A DNA stretch of 64,000 nt from Albugo candida (lineage: Eukaryota). Made by a program: the position numbers and the translations under genes. Each line of letters begins with the position of its first letter. The stretch's first letter is position 1. Under the pieces are notes generated by a model. The model saw only the letters and a list, made by a program, of their open reading frames with translations, had not been told where the DNA came from and did no database searches. The DNA lies in NCBI GenBank assembly GCA_040437565.1, contig JBDOQK010000027.1, positions 62,001 to 126,000 on the forward strand, read 5' to 3'. Below are positions 26,603-39,700 of the stretch, one piece after another.

Positions 26603-28937
26603 TCACGTTGCTATAGTGGAATCTGTACGATTACTAGCGACCACTGCACAAACCGTGTCTCCATGTTCATTGTAACCCATGCGCTTTGTGTGTAACAAAA
26701 TAGTAGTCAGAACGGGCACTTTGAAGATCAAAAATGGGAATGACATGACGCCATAGGTGGTACGAAGCCAATAGAAGAGTGCACGACGCTGCCAATTCGC
26801 GAATGGGTACCATAGTATGACACACGATAACAAAGATATGATGGCCAGACATATCGTTTCGTAGCCACAAAACTTCATCAAGTACCCGCCTCGATCTAAA
26901 TGTAGTGTGTTGCCAAATATATCTCGGTAGGCTTTGCCTCTAAAGTGAGATAGAATAGACGATGTTGGCTCACGATCCGCAGTCGATTTGGGAATGCTTA
27001 ATCTTCGAGCATCCACCGGTGAATGTTTCATTACTTGTAATGCTTCCGTTGATTCTGGTAGAGCAGGCTTGGGAATTTGCTTTATATTCACAGCTTCATT
27101 GAATGCAACTGTGTAGGGAAGACGGAAGAAAGCAGTCCACACGAGTCCAATTTGTAATATGAAGAAAAAGACACCCCAAGTTTCTAACCCTGGACCATCT
27201 ACGCAGATAGTCTGTTAGTATGATAGGAAGTCTGATATTGTATCACGTACGCTCATGACAGAGCTCCATGCTTCCGAATATTATACACCTGATATAAGCC
27301 ATGACACCGGTTGCTGTTGCAAGCAATCCCAAAGTGAAGAATTGTGCTGACTTGAATCCGATGATAAACTGACAAAGTTGGTGTTCATCGGTTTTGTCCT
27401 TGATAATGAATAGAAAGAGCCACCATAGCTGACCAACGACCGGAACGAGCCCAATCGTTGTAAATATAAGCCACCATGTATCTTTGAAGCTCATCCATAT
27501 GGATTTATCGTATGGAAAGAGATGATANNNNNNNNNNNNNNNNNNNNNNNNNNNNNNNNNNNNNNNNNNNNNNNNNNNNNNNNNNNNNNNNNNNNNNNNN
27601 NNNNNNNNNNNNNNNNNNNNNNNNNNNCTGTGTAGGGAAGACGGAAGAAAGCAGTCCACACGAGTCCAATTTGTAATATGAAGAAAAAGACACCCCAAGT
27701 TTCTAACCCTGGACCATCTACGCAGATAGTCTGTTAGTATGATAGGAAGTCTGATATTGTATCACGTACGCTCATGACAGAGCTCCATGCTTCCGAATAT
27801 TATACACCTGATATAAGCCATGACACCGGTTGCTGTTGCAAGCAATCCCAAAGTGAAGAATTGTGCTGACTTGAATCCGATGATAAACTGACAAAGTTGG
27901 TGTTCATCGGTTTTGTCCTTGATAATGAATAGAAAGAGCCACCATAGCTGACCAACGACCGGAACGAGCCCAATCGTTGTAAATATAAGCCACCATGTAT
28001 CTTTGAAGCTCATCCATATGGATTTATCGTATGGAAAGAGATGATATAGGATCTTGGCACGCAAAAGAAGATACAATGATGGTTTCTTGACTACATTTGT
28101 ATCAACTGACATCTTTTCTTCTGTTAGCAGATTTGTGACCTCGGGCACGAACAAGTCCTGCGTCTTTCTAAAGATTTCCAGCTTCACATCGGGCATGAGC
28201 CTGTCCACTGCGATATCGATATTGGTCTAAAAATGAAATGAAGTAGGATTGCCTCAATAAACATAGATCATCGCTACCTTCAAGTACGAAGGCATATCGG
28301 GGTCCTTCAGATTGCATTTCAGCCGATCTGCAACAACATCTAATGCTCGTTCCAAGTACTTTTGAACTGTCCGATGTACAACATGTCGCATCTCCCCACT
28401 CGTGTCTTTTGCAAGTTCTTGAAATCGTTTACTTGTGGAGAATATCATTGAGCTTGTTGTCTCCACGATACCGTTCCATGTATTACCCTGCGAAAATGTC
28501 GCAGCCATTCTTGCCGCTTTTATGACCTTTTTTTCGGGAAATGTATCCGGATAAACGCTTTTGAACTCATGAGCGAACGTGATGACGTCGGCCACCTTGA
28601 CTGTGAGATTTGGCCCGCAATACTCTACAAGATCGTGACTATCCTGTACCGATGCAAATTCAGTCGTAGCGAGAAATCCAGTGAGAAGTCCAGTATGTTT
28701 ATCGGCCGGTGAAGAGGGTTGAGATAGTTTTTTGTAAATTATTCGCCAAAAACGACGCAATTCGATCTTTTCTTTCGAACTTAGTTCCATACTTTCCATT
28801 GCGCGGAAGAAATTCTGCGTTGTTACCACACGCTCACTGCGGTGCTTTTCTCTGTCACGTTCCTGAAGGTATGTGAAGACAAAGAGGCTTGCTGACATAG
28901 CAACTGCCCCACACACGACACCAGAGTGCGAGACCAT
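26603..28937 (-). CDS. Uncharacterised multi-pass membrane protein (multi-exon; internal gap duplication)
   Basis: Long minus-strand exons with hydrophobic segments (WWLIFTTIGLVPVVGQLWWLFLFII, YWLRTTYGVMSFPFLIFKVP..GYN). 27109-27527 is repeated after the gap. Confidence 0.8.
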
Positions 28938-29967
28938 TTGTAGTTCGTTGAGTATCTACCACTTGCTGGGTCCTGTATTCGAGGAATAACAACACCTTTA
29001 ATGTGCAGCGATGCTTCATGGTATACAAAAACACCTTTTATCTGTTAGAGATCGCGGAAAATGTCGCAATAATCCAGGTTTTGAAGAGGTGAATTATGTC
29101 GAGGTATGTAAAGGATATAATGCGATGTTATTGCTTGGTCTGACAACACTCCTACTAAAAATGCATCGATCATGAAAGTATATGTACTCTCAAATTCATC
29201 TCTGTGAGAGTTGCATAATGTTGTGCATAAAAAACATAGAGTACGAATCTTGAAGCACTCCGCAAGGCATATTTAGTAAGCATATAAAGCTTCCTGTAAC
29301 CATAGGGTGACATGCAAACTCGTATGGCATCGGTACGAGGCTACTGAACAGCAGAAAGGAGAGATTATTGTCTATAAACTAAGGATTGGAATTGCTTATC
29401 CGATCACGTGGAAGAACCGTTTCTGAAAATAAGCTGATTAAAGTTCATTCTGTCTATCAGTACCATCTTTGAACCATCGATTGTCGTAAAATTCGACTTA
29501 ACTTGCCCATGATTCGACAGTGTGTCAATGCATCTCGATACGTATATGTGCAACATTACACAATGCTATCTTGCTGTCTAAAAATGAAGGGAATGATGGT
29601 AAAATATGAACGCTTACGTCGCATTTGCATCAGAATGTACCATCAAACTTGGACATGATCGATTGNNNNNNNNNNNNNNNNNNNNNNNNNNNNNNNNNNN
29701 NNNNNNNNNNNNNNNNNNNNNNNNNNNNNNNNNNNNNNNNNNNNNNNNNNNNNNNNNNNNNNNNNTGTGTCAATGCATCTCGATACGTATATGTGCAACA
29801 TTACACAATGCTATCTTGCTGTCTAAAAATGAAGGGAATGATGGTAAAATATGAACGCTTACGTCGCATTTGCATCAGAATGTACCATCAAACTTGGACA
29901 TGATCGATTGTGAGGAATTCCGGTGTCAATTTCAGCCAATCGTCTACACCTCCCAGTTTTCTCCAAT

Positions 29968-30113
29968 ATGCTATTACGCGTGTGCTTTGGTCACTTACGT
30001 TGTCTACCTGGAGGCACATTGAGCAATTCTTTGGAGTCGGCTTACACCGTGACGAAGCGATGGGCAACAAAGAAATCAGGAGGATCCAGTAAAAATGGTC
30101 GGGACTCGGAGTC
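29968..30113 (+). CDS. MRPL27: Mitochondrial ribosomal protein bL27, copy A (5' part; rest falls in an N gap)
   Basis: [18 protein letters not shown], near-identical to 35625-35770. Sequence after the gap (30214 onward) matches 36352 onward. Confidence 0.7.
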
Positions 30114-31807
30114 NNNNNNNNNNNNNNNNNNNNNNNNNNNNNNNNNNNNNNNNNNNNNNNNNNNNNNNNNNNNNNNNNNNNNNNNNNNNNNNNNNNNNNN
30201 NNNNNNNNNNNNNGACTAGGAACTACAGAACTGTATCAGCGGACATCAGGGCTAACGTATCGACTATAACTCGATTCAATGACGTATAATAATTGCAATA
30301 TTGACTTAGCAACCACATAGGTCATTTAATATCATAGTGAATTTGTAGCATTTTAGAATCTTTGCATGTGAATGCTACCTACGGGTATGTAACCCCATAC
30401 ACCTGAATGGATACAATGGCTTTGAGAAGAAGGCTCCGTGAATGATCGTCGATGGAATAATGGCGAGTTGATCATCTGTCGTTAAGACGCTGAGATAGAA
30501 GGCTATCACGCACTCACACGGAAGTATACAAAATCAAGCATTGCCCACGTGTTCTTGCCTAAAAATAGACAAATTTGACTCAATGATGTCAAGATGACCA
30601 TCCTAAATAAGAAATTCAAGTGTCTAATGGTGAATGATGAGCATTCCTGCAAAAAGGGTGAACGCGCCAAACATGAGGGAAGTGCATGGATATTAATCAG
30701 GCTCGGACTGGGCATGTGAAGGACGTACCCTGAGTTTTAGTGAGTTTACTGTCGAGTATGTGACACGGTGCGTATACTCTCTCCTTCTGACCGGACTGAA
30801 TTGCACCGTTCATGTTGAATGCGGCTAGATCATGAATTAATGTGCGCATTGAATCAGATATGTTTATAATGAAACTTTGACTGCGTGTTTTGTGAGCCAT
30901 ATGTCTAATGTTTTAAATAATATAAACTTCGATGCGGCGGCATGATGCTATATATGCAAGTGTTGAAGATTCACCCTGCCCAACGCTCGACATGAAAGTC
31001 TATTGCTGATGTTGATAGCGCAACGAATGCATCCTGTGCGATTTCAACCGCGTTGGTCCATTCTTTCCTCTCAGGTGTTCTCTGAACTCCGACCAACGGC
31101 TTTCCTCTGTTGAGGTCAAAAAGCATCACACAGTCTCGCCAAAAAAAGATTAGCAAAAAGCTCAATGGCTGAAAGAAGAATGGAACACACAGTTTACAGA
31201 ATACCATGAACCAGCGTAATGACGCTGACATACAAGGGGTGTGTCGACAGAGGATATCCTATGGGTGAGGCTCGAGCCACTACTCCTCGACAAGAACAGC
31301 CGCCAACGCTCGCTGAATGCACTTATTTGCGGAGGAGAAATGCAGAACTAAGCCGCACGTTGGACGATGTGAGCGACCGATTGTTCGATACGATGATGAC
31401 AATCGACTCATCAACCTCAAGCTGTGAAGATTCGGATGATGAGATGCGATATCTCTATATAAAAAATTGACGATAAAGATGGAGCGCAACCGTTCTCGGA
31501 AGGAGTTAAAGATGCAAAAGCACAGTTGAAGTATGTCATGGAGGTAAATTGCCTTCACAACGAAGAAGCAATAAATTCGAGAAAAGATCGTGAAACATAC
31601 GAANNNNNNNNNNNNNNNNNNNNNNNNNNNNNNNNNNNNNNNNNNNNNNNNNNNNNNNNNNNNNNNNNNNNNNNNNNNNNNNNNNNNNNNNNNNNNNNNN
31701 NNNGGATGATGAGATGCGATATCTCTATATAAAAAATTGACGATAAAGATGGAGCGCAACCGTTCTCGGAAGGAGTTAAAGATGCAAAAGCACAGTTGAA
31801 GTATGTC

Positions 31808-32268
31808 ATGGAGGTAAATTGCCTTCACAACGAAGAAGCAATAAATTCGAGAAAAGATCGTGAAACATACGAAGCATGCGTGACGGAGGAAAAGAAAGAT
31901 TTGGAGGTTCAATTGCGAAACAGCCAAATGGAGACCGCGGACATAAAAGTGCAGCTAGAGTGTGCGTTGAAGACAAACGAGGACGATCGAGTCAAGATTC
32001 AGTACCTTACGGAGCAGTATCGCCTACTCTGCGAAGTATCGCCTACTTTGCGAAGATACTGCTCCGTAAGGTACTGAATCTTGAGTCGATCGTCCTCGTT
32101 TGTCTTCAACGCACACTCTAGCTGCACTTTTATGTCCGCGTTCTCCATTTGGCTGTTTCGCAATTGAACCTCCAAATCTTTCTTTTCCTCCGTCACGCAT
32201 GCTTCGTATGTTTCACGATCTTTTCTCGAATTTATTGCTTCTTCGTTGTGAAGGCAATTTACCTCCAT
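31808..32268. repeat. Long palindrome: 214-bp arms (31808-32021 / 32055-32268), 33-bp loop
   Basis: The arms are reverse complements with 2 mismatches seen. A 19-bp direct repeat AGTATCGCCTACT(C/T)TGCGA (32016-32053) spans the loop. Confidence 0.95.
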
Positions 32269-32429
32269 CAGGTGGTCCAGCTGGATCTTTGTGTCGGCTC
32301 TTTCCGTTTCGGCCTTTCGTACTTGACTTTCCAAGTTACCACTCAGTGAAGAAGCAATCAATACGAGAAGACAGCATGAAGCATACGAAGGAGAATGGAG
32401 AAGAAAGAAGTTGGACGTGGAGAATTGGA

Positions 32430-32890
32430 GATGGAGTGTGCAGTGGCTCATTACCCGCGTGCACATTCCCAAAGAGTTCGAGATTTTACTTTTACTTTCT
32501 CACCTCCGTCCAACACTTTCGGCATCAGCTCTGATTACGTCAAGGCCAAGAATTCAAACAAGCAAGGTCAACAGGCATGTACGGGGGCTCATCACCCACC
32601 AGCACATGTCCCAAAGATTGTGGTTTCATACCCTTCATGGTCAACTCCCTTCCAAATCCGGCACTCGTCCTCATTACGACAGTATCGGAAGTTCAAGAAA
32701 TTAAGGTCGACAACAATGTGCGGTGGCTCATCACCCACCAGTACATGTCCCGAAAATTGTAGTCCTAGATTCTACTTGGTCAACTCCGTCCCAAGCCTCC
32801 GGTACTCGTCCTAATTACGACAGTATCGGGAGTTCAAGAAATCAAGGTCGACAAGAATGTGTGGTGGCTCATCACCCACCAGCACATTTT
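32430..32890 (+). repeat. Tandem ~141-bp (47-codon) repeat, about 3.3 units
   Basis: The GGCTCATYACCC anchor occurs at 32445, 32586, 32725 and 32866 (spacings 141, 139, 141). Confidence 0.9.
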
Positions 32891-34128
32891 ATGGACAGAA
32901 TGATCTGCGCTTTGAAGATGGAGGTAAAAGGATTGGAGCAGAAGCTAGCAGAACGTACTTACGACAATCAAAAGCTTCGGACCCAGCTGGATCGGTTGCT
33001 GTAAGTAAATGTCTTGTGGGGCAATATTGCCATTTCCGATGTTGATACTTGATTTTGAATGAGAATTTTGCTTTGCAAAATGGAAGGAAATGAATAGAAA
33101 TGACACGATTACTCACTCAAAGTCACTTTTGCATAGGACGACAATCAAAAACAGTACAATGTGTGGCATATATTGGGCATTCTTCAACGATACGGAATTT
33201 CTCTACCTCGTCTTCTAGATGGACGGTTGATCTTTTCAGTGTATCAGACTGGGTACATGCTCCATCGTGTTTCTTCTTACATCGAACTTGGAATGCAGTC
33301 GTGGAAGGTGGCTGGGGCTGCAGGAAGTAATTTTATATTGGCCATCATCGTTGGTTTTCCATGTTGCTGATGTCGTAGTGACCATGCACATGACGTTTTA
33401 GTTCATGTCCTCCGCATTTTTCCAGTGACTGATTGTTCTCTCTGAGAGCCTTTGATTGCATTGTGTTGTACTGTCGGCGTCATGCCTGCTGTCTATGTAC
33501 ATAGTCCACTACATATCCCATCTTCCTTTGGCAAAGTAACGGAAGTAGGCAATGGGTCTTAGCCAAGATGTTTATGGGGTGTCAGATACGTAATATGACT
33601 ATTGTCTCCACTTACAAACATGTGACTCAATAGACACAATCCAAAAAGTAATACGCATCTCATTTCTGCGAGTCTAAAAGAGCATCAAGAACCAGATATT
33701 CATAGGAAGGATTGTCATCGCACTTTCAGCACATCATACGATAAAATGCAACAGGTTACTACTACGCTGCTTACTTCTCGCAGTAAAAAGTGAAAAAAGC
33801 GTTGTCGGTGTCGTTCATAGGAGGCGATATGCAATTTCTCAACCTACGCAATGTCAAATCACAAGCAACATTGCGCATTGATAGTTTGGTTTACCGCATC
33901 ATCTTTGAGAAGTCCCAATAAGATCTCTTGAGCAATATTGTCTGTACTATGGACGGGACTGGCCACGTGCGCACGTTTCACGCATGTGCATCTGCTCTCA
34001 AGTCCACCAACTCGTGAAAGCCTCTAAAGAGTATAGAAAAGGAGGCAAGCGTTATTGATGACAACATTCGACTTTGTTAAATAATGGCTTAATGTGATCA
34101 ATCCGTGTAATAACTCTATATTCATGCA

Positions 34129-35350
34129 ATGAAATCTTTGTTTTTACGTGCTCATATTCTTAAAAGCCCAGTACATGATTCTGAAGCGCGTTTCGTCGTT
34201 AATGTATCTCGCAATGCGATTCAGGAGTGCTTTGCGGTAGCGTACGGTGAGAGTAAGACGATACGTATCTACACATCATCCTCAGCAATGCTATTGCACG
34301 AATTTCCAATCATTCATGCTCATCTTCACGCAATGCTGTACACGTCCTTTGCGGACTCTATCGTCACACTTGAGAGCGACAACGATAGCGACGATGAAAT
34401 TTATCTGTGCGCGTACCATGACTGGCGTGAGAAAGATCTTGTGCGTGGGTACAAACTTCCATTAGGCGTCACATTGCAAGCACATCCGGTTCCTCTTTCC
34501 AGTCTGCTCGCTGTTTGCACAGTCACTGGACGTATTGCGGTAGCTATGGATTCTGTGATCAATTTATGGCAATGCAGTCATGGAATCTTCCATCATATCC
34601 TTGAGCTTTCAGTACACTTCACCAATTCCGAGACCAGCCCGTACATTCAAGACATTGCGATTCATGACAAGTACATTGCTGTAACATCACCAGTGGAGCT
34701 ACTAATTTTACAGATCCATTTCCATGATCGTCAGCAGCCCATACAATCTGAAGGTGATCGGATTTCTGATGATATAAAGGCACAATCAGTAGAAGAAAAG
34801 GAGTCTCAAAGTCTAAATCAGGTGCCTCCGGACGATATCCAATGCGTAAAGATACGATCGGCAGAAGATCTGAGGCATCTTACCAAGATCACTGTTACTA
34901 GCCGGGCTCGCGGTAGATTGGATCCGATCACTGGATTACGGAAGCTAAAGGCTGGAAAACGAGAGCAAAACATCAATAACAGGGCTGATATTGCTGATAA
35001 GAAGATCCAAAATGTCATCATGATAGAGTCGCGAGCACAATAAAGCCATCTGACGTCCGAATGAATCAAATTTTGTCGTATTATACGACGACCAATGACA
35101 TTGAAACCTTATTGTGTCGTTACTTTCCGCGAAACCATAGCGTTCGGAAACTCCAATTCTTGCCCGAAACCATTACATACGAGGGTGTGATTGCCATTGC
35201 AGCGCAGCGATATCCTCGCGTTCTGAGCACGACGATGGAACATGCTTTTCTTCACTACTTTATCCGACCAAGAGACGAGAACGTGCGCAAAGAAGTGTCG
35301 AAAAAGGTGCTCGGGGAGATCGAGAACAATCTCACGACAAGTCTTCCAAC
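34129..35350 (+). pseudogene. HPS3: Truncated, frameshifted HPS3 paralog (copy A)
   Basis: Encodes the HPS3-like N-terminus. 34612-35349 is a diverged copy of 36798-37570 with a 9-bp deletion and a frameshifting deletion near 35030, and it ends abruptly at 35350. Confidence 0.8.
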
Positions 35351-35455
35351 ATGGTCTTAAATATATTGAGGTCGAAGCAATTCGACTGGCTTATCCAGTG
35401 TGTTTCGAAACCTGACAAATGGGTCTCTGCAACCATTCAAGAATCGTGTATGCTG
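35350..35455 (+). pseudogene. ~105-bp fragment of the ankyrin-FYVE gene fused to the HPS3 remnant
   Basis: Diverged copy of 41769-41874 (ATGGTCTT.AATATATTG...GTTTCGAAACCTGACAAATGGGTCTC...). Confidence 0.85.
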
Positions 35456-35624
35456 CGTATATGTGCAACATTACACATGAGCATTCTGCTGCCCATTAGA
35501 CCATCATGGTAAAATATGAACACTTTCGTCACATATGCAAAGCGTTTGAAAAGAGTACTCAACTAAAGGTGGATGATAGGTAAGAATACCAACTAAACTG
35601 CAACGCCTTGCAGTGTTCTCCAAT

Positions 35625-36098
35625 ATGCTCTTACGCGTGTGCTTTGGTCACTTACGTTGTCTACCTGGAGGCACATTGAGCAATTCTTTGGATTCGGCTT
35701 ACACCGTGACGAAGCGATGGGCAACAAAGAAATCAAGAGGATCCAGTAAAAATGGTCGGGACTCGGAGTCTAAACGACTTGGAGTCAAGAAGTTTGGCGG
35801 GTAAGATCATATCCTTACACGTCTTTTTTATTGAGCTTATACAGTACCATGTTTGGGTAGACAAGCCGTCATTCCGGGTAACATTATCATTCGTCAGCGT
35901 GGGACAAAGTACCATCCGGCTCGTGGCGTAGGGATTGGGAAAGATCACACCATTTTCGCGGTCAGGGAAGGATACGTTCGTTTCTGGTATAACGTACCAA
36001 AAAAGCGTCAAGAAGTCTCTGTCAGAAACACACCTCAGCGGCTTGTTCCATCTATGCAGCAGCAAAGTACTGTTTTGTGTGATAATATACAGTCATAA
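35625..36098 (+). CDS. MRPL27: Mitochondrial ribosomal protein bL27, copy B (2 exons)
   Basis: Presequence-like N-terminus, [27 protein letters not shown], an intron, then [33 protein letters not shown]. Confidence 0.93.
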
Positions 36099-36797
36099 TC
36101 ATCGATATGGGCTATCACCCGAACAGATGATCCAAAATTGTTTCATTTAACTTCTAGTCTTAAAATTCTGAGCGCTCCCAAGCGGAATGATATAGTTCTT
36201 GGGGTAAGTCCTCAATTCTATGATCCTGTCTTGCCATTCGCTTTCGAGCACATATCCAAGGCCCCAGCAAAGTACGCTTCATGCTGGCCTCACACTTGAA
36301 CTAGTGGCCAGTATCATGATACATACACTCTATACGAGGTTGCAGATGAAAGACTAGGAACTACAGAACTGTATCAGCGGACATCAGGGCTAACGTATCG
36401 ACTATAACTCGATTCAATGACGTATAATAATTGCAATATTGACTTAGCAACCACATAGGTCATTCAATATCATAGTGAATTTGTAGCATTTTAGAATCTT
36501 TGCATGTGAATGCTACCTACGGGTATGTGACCCCGTACACCTGAATGGATACAATGGTTTTGAGAAGAAGGCTCCGTGAGTAATCATCGAAGGAATAAAG
36601 GCGAGCTGATCTTGTATCGTAAAGACGCTGAGATAGAAGGCTATCACGCACTCACACGGAAGTATACAAAATCTAGCATTGTCCACGTGTTCTGGCCNNN
36701 NNNNNNNNNNNNNNNNNNNNNNNNNNNNNNNNNNNNNNNNNNNNNNNNNNNNNNNNNNNNNNNNNNNNNNNNNNNNNNNNNNNNNNNNNNNNNNNNN

Positions 36798-39700
36798 GTA
36801 CACTTCACCAATTCCGAGACCAGCCCGTACATTCAAGACATTGCGATTCATGACAAGTACATTGCTGTAACATCACCAGTGGAGCTACTAATTTTACAGA
36901 TCCATTTCCATGATCGTCAGCAGCCCATACAATCTGTAGGTGATCGAATTTCTGATCATATAAAGGCACAATCAGGAGAAGAAAATGAGTCTCAAAGTCT
37001 AAATCAGGTGCCTCCGGACGATATCCAATGCGTAAAGATACGATCGGCAGAAGATCTGAGGCATCTCACCAAGATCACTGTTACTAGCCGGGCTCGCGGT
37101 AGATTGGATCCCATCACTGGATTACGGAAGCTTAAGGCCGGAAAACGAAGCCCTGAAGAGCAAAACATCAATCACAGGGCTGATATTGCTGATAAGAAGA
37201 TCCAAAATGTCATCGTGATGGAGTCGGCAACTGAAGAAGCATCGCTTCTGAAAGGCACAATAAAGCCATCTGACGTCCGAATGAATCAGACTTTGTCGTA
37301 TTATACGACGGCCGATGATATTGCGACCTTATTGCGTCGTTACTTTCCATTAAACCATAGCGTTCGGAAACTCCAATTCTTGCCCGAAACCATTACATAC
37401 GAGGGTGTTATTGCCGTTGAAACGCAGCGATATCCTCGCCTCCTGGTCACGACGATGCAACATGCTTTTCTTTACTACTTCATACGACCAAGAGACGAGA
37501 ACGTGCGCAAAGAAGTGTCGAAAAAGGTGCTCGGGAAGGTCGAGGACAATTTCACGACAAGTCTTCCAAAACATCGTCCAAGTCGTCAGGTCGCTTTTGG
37601 TCAACGTGTCCTAAGAAGAAAAGCAAAAAGCAAATCGATTACTCATCTCTCACACCACGTACTGGTTGAATATGAGTTTCCTCTTCCTGTTATCTCAATT
37701 GCGGCAAATAGCTCTTTTTTATTTGTCGCTACGTCCATAGGTATCCAAGTATGGACCATATGGAATCCCTGCCATTACTTGGCAGCAAGACACGCATTAG
37801 CTGGATGGAGAGAAACCTGGCTTCTACAACCAAGCGCACCGCAACTTCTTTGTGTACAATCCATCCCATTTCAATCCGTCAAGTTGGTTGCGCTGGATTG
37901 CCATGTTGTTGTCGTACCAGCAAATGAAGCTCATGCATGTTCTTCACTACAATCAGAAAGTCTGGAAGCAAATTTTCGACTTCGAGAAAATGATTTTGAA
38001 GTCTCAAAAGGACAGAATAATCCGTTTGGTCGACGAATAACTAATTGGGGAATCTCAATGAAAGATACATCGCGAATTTTAATTCTTCAGCAAGCCCCGC
38101 CATCTCTTCTTTTTTCAAAGCTCATCCAGATTTTTCAAGCTTCGAGTGATGAAGAGACGAATTCCGTGCAGAATCAACGCCTCATTGACTTGATGCTCAG
38201 CTTCTTCTCCTTATATCGATTCCGTGCTAATGTGGGTCTTAGCGTTCTTAAGTGCTTTGAAGCAGAAATTAATTCGAAGAAAGCCCAGCGCGATAAAACG
38301 TTTGCTACGGATAATCTAGCACTTGAGATCGAGACCGATATATATGACTCCTTGGCACGCAAGTGTGCTCAAGTTCTTGCAAATGTGTTCACTAAAGACC
38401 CAGCCGCACGAGATATTGCCCGAGCCATTCCACTATTTATCGCATCCAATGTTCCACCGACAGAAGTTCTGAATCGTTTGGAGTGTTTGGAAACACCAGA
38501 TAATTCTGAACAGGTTTCGCAAGCAATCAAAAAGTATCTAAAAGCTCTGGCATTTCCATCTCAAGGAAAGACATTGGAAGAGAATGCTCATTCGAGGCAA
38601 TCTTCAAAGGAGGTCCAGGATCAAGGCAGTGATGGCATTATGCAAATCCTATTGCGCTATTTCGGAAAATACGCACCTGAGCAACTTGCTCGTCTGGTCA
38701 TGGATGCTTCACTTGCTTGGACTTGCAATGATCTTGAGCTCGCTCTCGAACAGCTGTCGATCGAATCGAAGCAAACAGTTACGGTACAATCTGCGTTTCT
38801 TGTTCTTCTTCTGCATGGACACAAATTTGGTGACAGAGTTGATGCGCGGAGGTTCCCTTATTTGTCCAAATGTTCCTCGTATGACACAATAAGCAACCTA
38901 GTGAAAGCTATGCTGGAGAATTCCCCACAGGAATTGAGCCAACTATGCGTCGCACACCCGGAATTGCTCATTGTCGCTCATGATGGCAACAAGACAGCCA
39001 CGTCCTCATTTCTGTCCCAAGCCTTTTTGCGATTAAACCCTCACATATTTGTCGTGACTTTGGGGAAGACGTTCTTCGAGATGCTCATGCACATGCACAA
39101 AACAGTGATCTCAGCGGTTTTCCATTGTTTGAGTGCCATCGGACCTCCAGCTCTTATTTATATGGATAGAATGCGATCGTTCTATTATGAGCAATCTCTC
39201 ACTGGGTACAAAGACGTCAGTGAAGAATTTAAGTCGTCGGATTGTATACTTGTTCGCTTTCTCTGGTTTCTCGTACAGTCATTTCCAAGTCTCGACGATA
39301 AAGCGGATCAAGGGGAATTGCTCGAACACGATGAGGATTGGAAGCGAACAAAACTGACTTTGGCAATGGAGTATATTTATTTGGTGACACGATTAAGTAC
39401 AACTATCAGAAGTAAACAGAGCAGCCAGCTGTATTTCGAGCTCTTGCCATTCTTTGACGATATCTGCCCAGTTCAAGTAATCAAACACGTGGAGGCAAAG
39501 CTCGCTGAATGGATCCTAAAGTACCTGAGAACTCGCTGCCTGGAGCAAGAAGACGTACATGATCGTCCACTTCTTTCCCTGCTTTACGCAAATGTGCTGT
39601 CTATTCTTACATCGGGATCTTCCTTTGTGGACTATCATTCCATTCTCGAATGCCATGGAAAAGCAAGGAACGCATTAGAGACATTGATAGCGCTTGTCAG

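Larger units (their letters stand above)
31219..33004 (+). pseudogene. Coiled-coil/'CVVAHHPP' repeat-protein gene copy, disrupted by frameshifts and an internal inversion
   Basis: Repeated EVNCLHNEEAINSRKDRE-type units, then ~47-aa C-x-x-AHHPP units. Homologous to 9.0-10.1 kb. Confidence 0.7.

Noticed and set aside
36576..36797. Novel N-terminus on the 1131-aa ORF
   Set aside because: The ORF reads through Ns. The true HPS3 N-terminus is shown by copy A at 34129.
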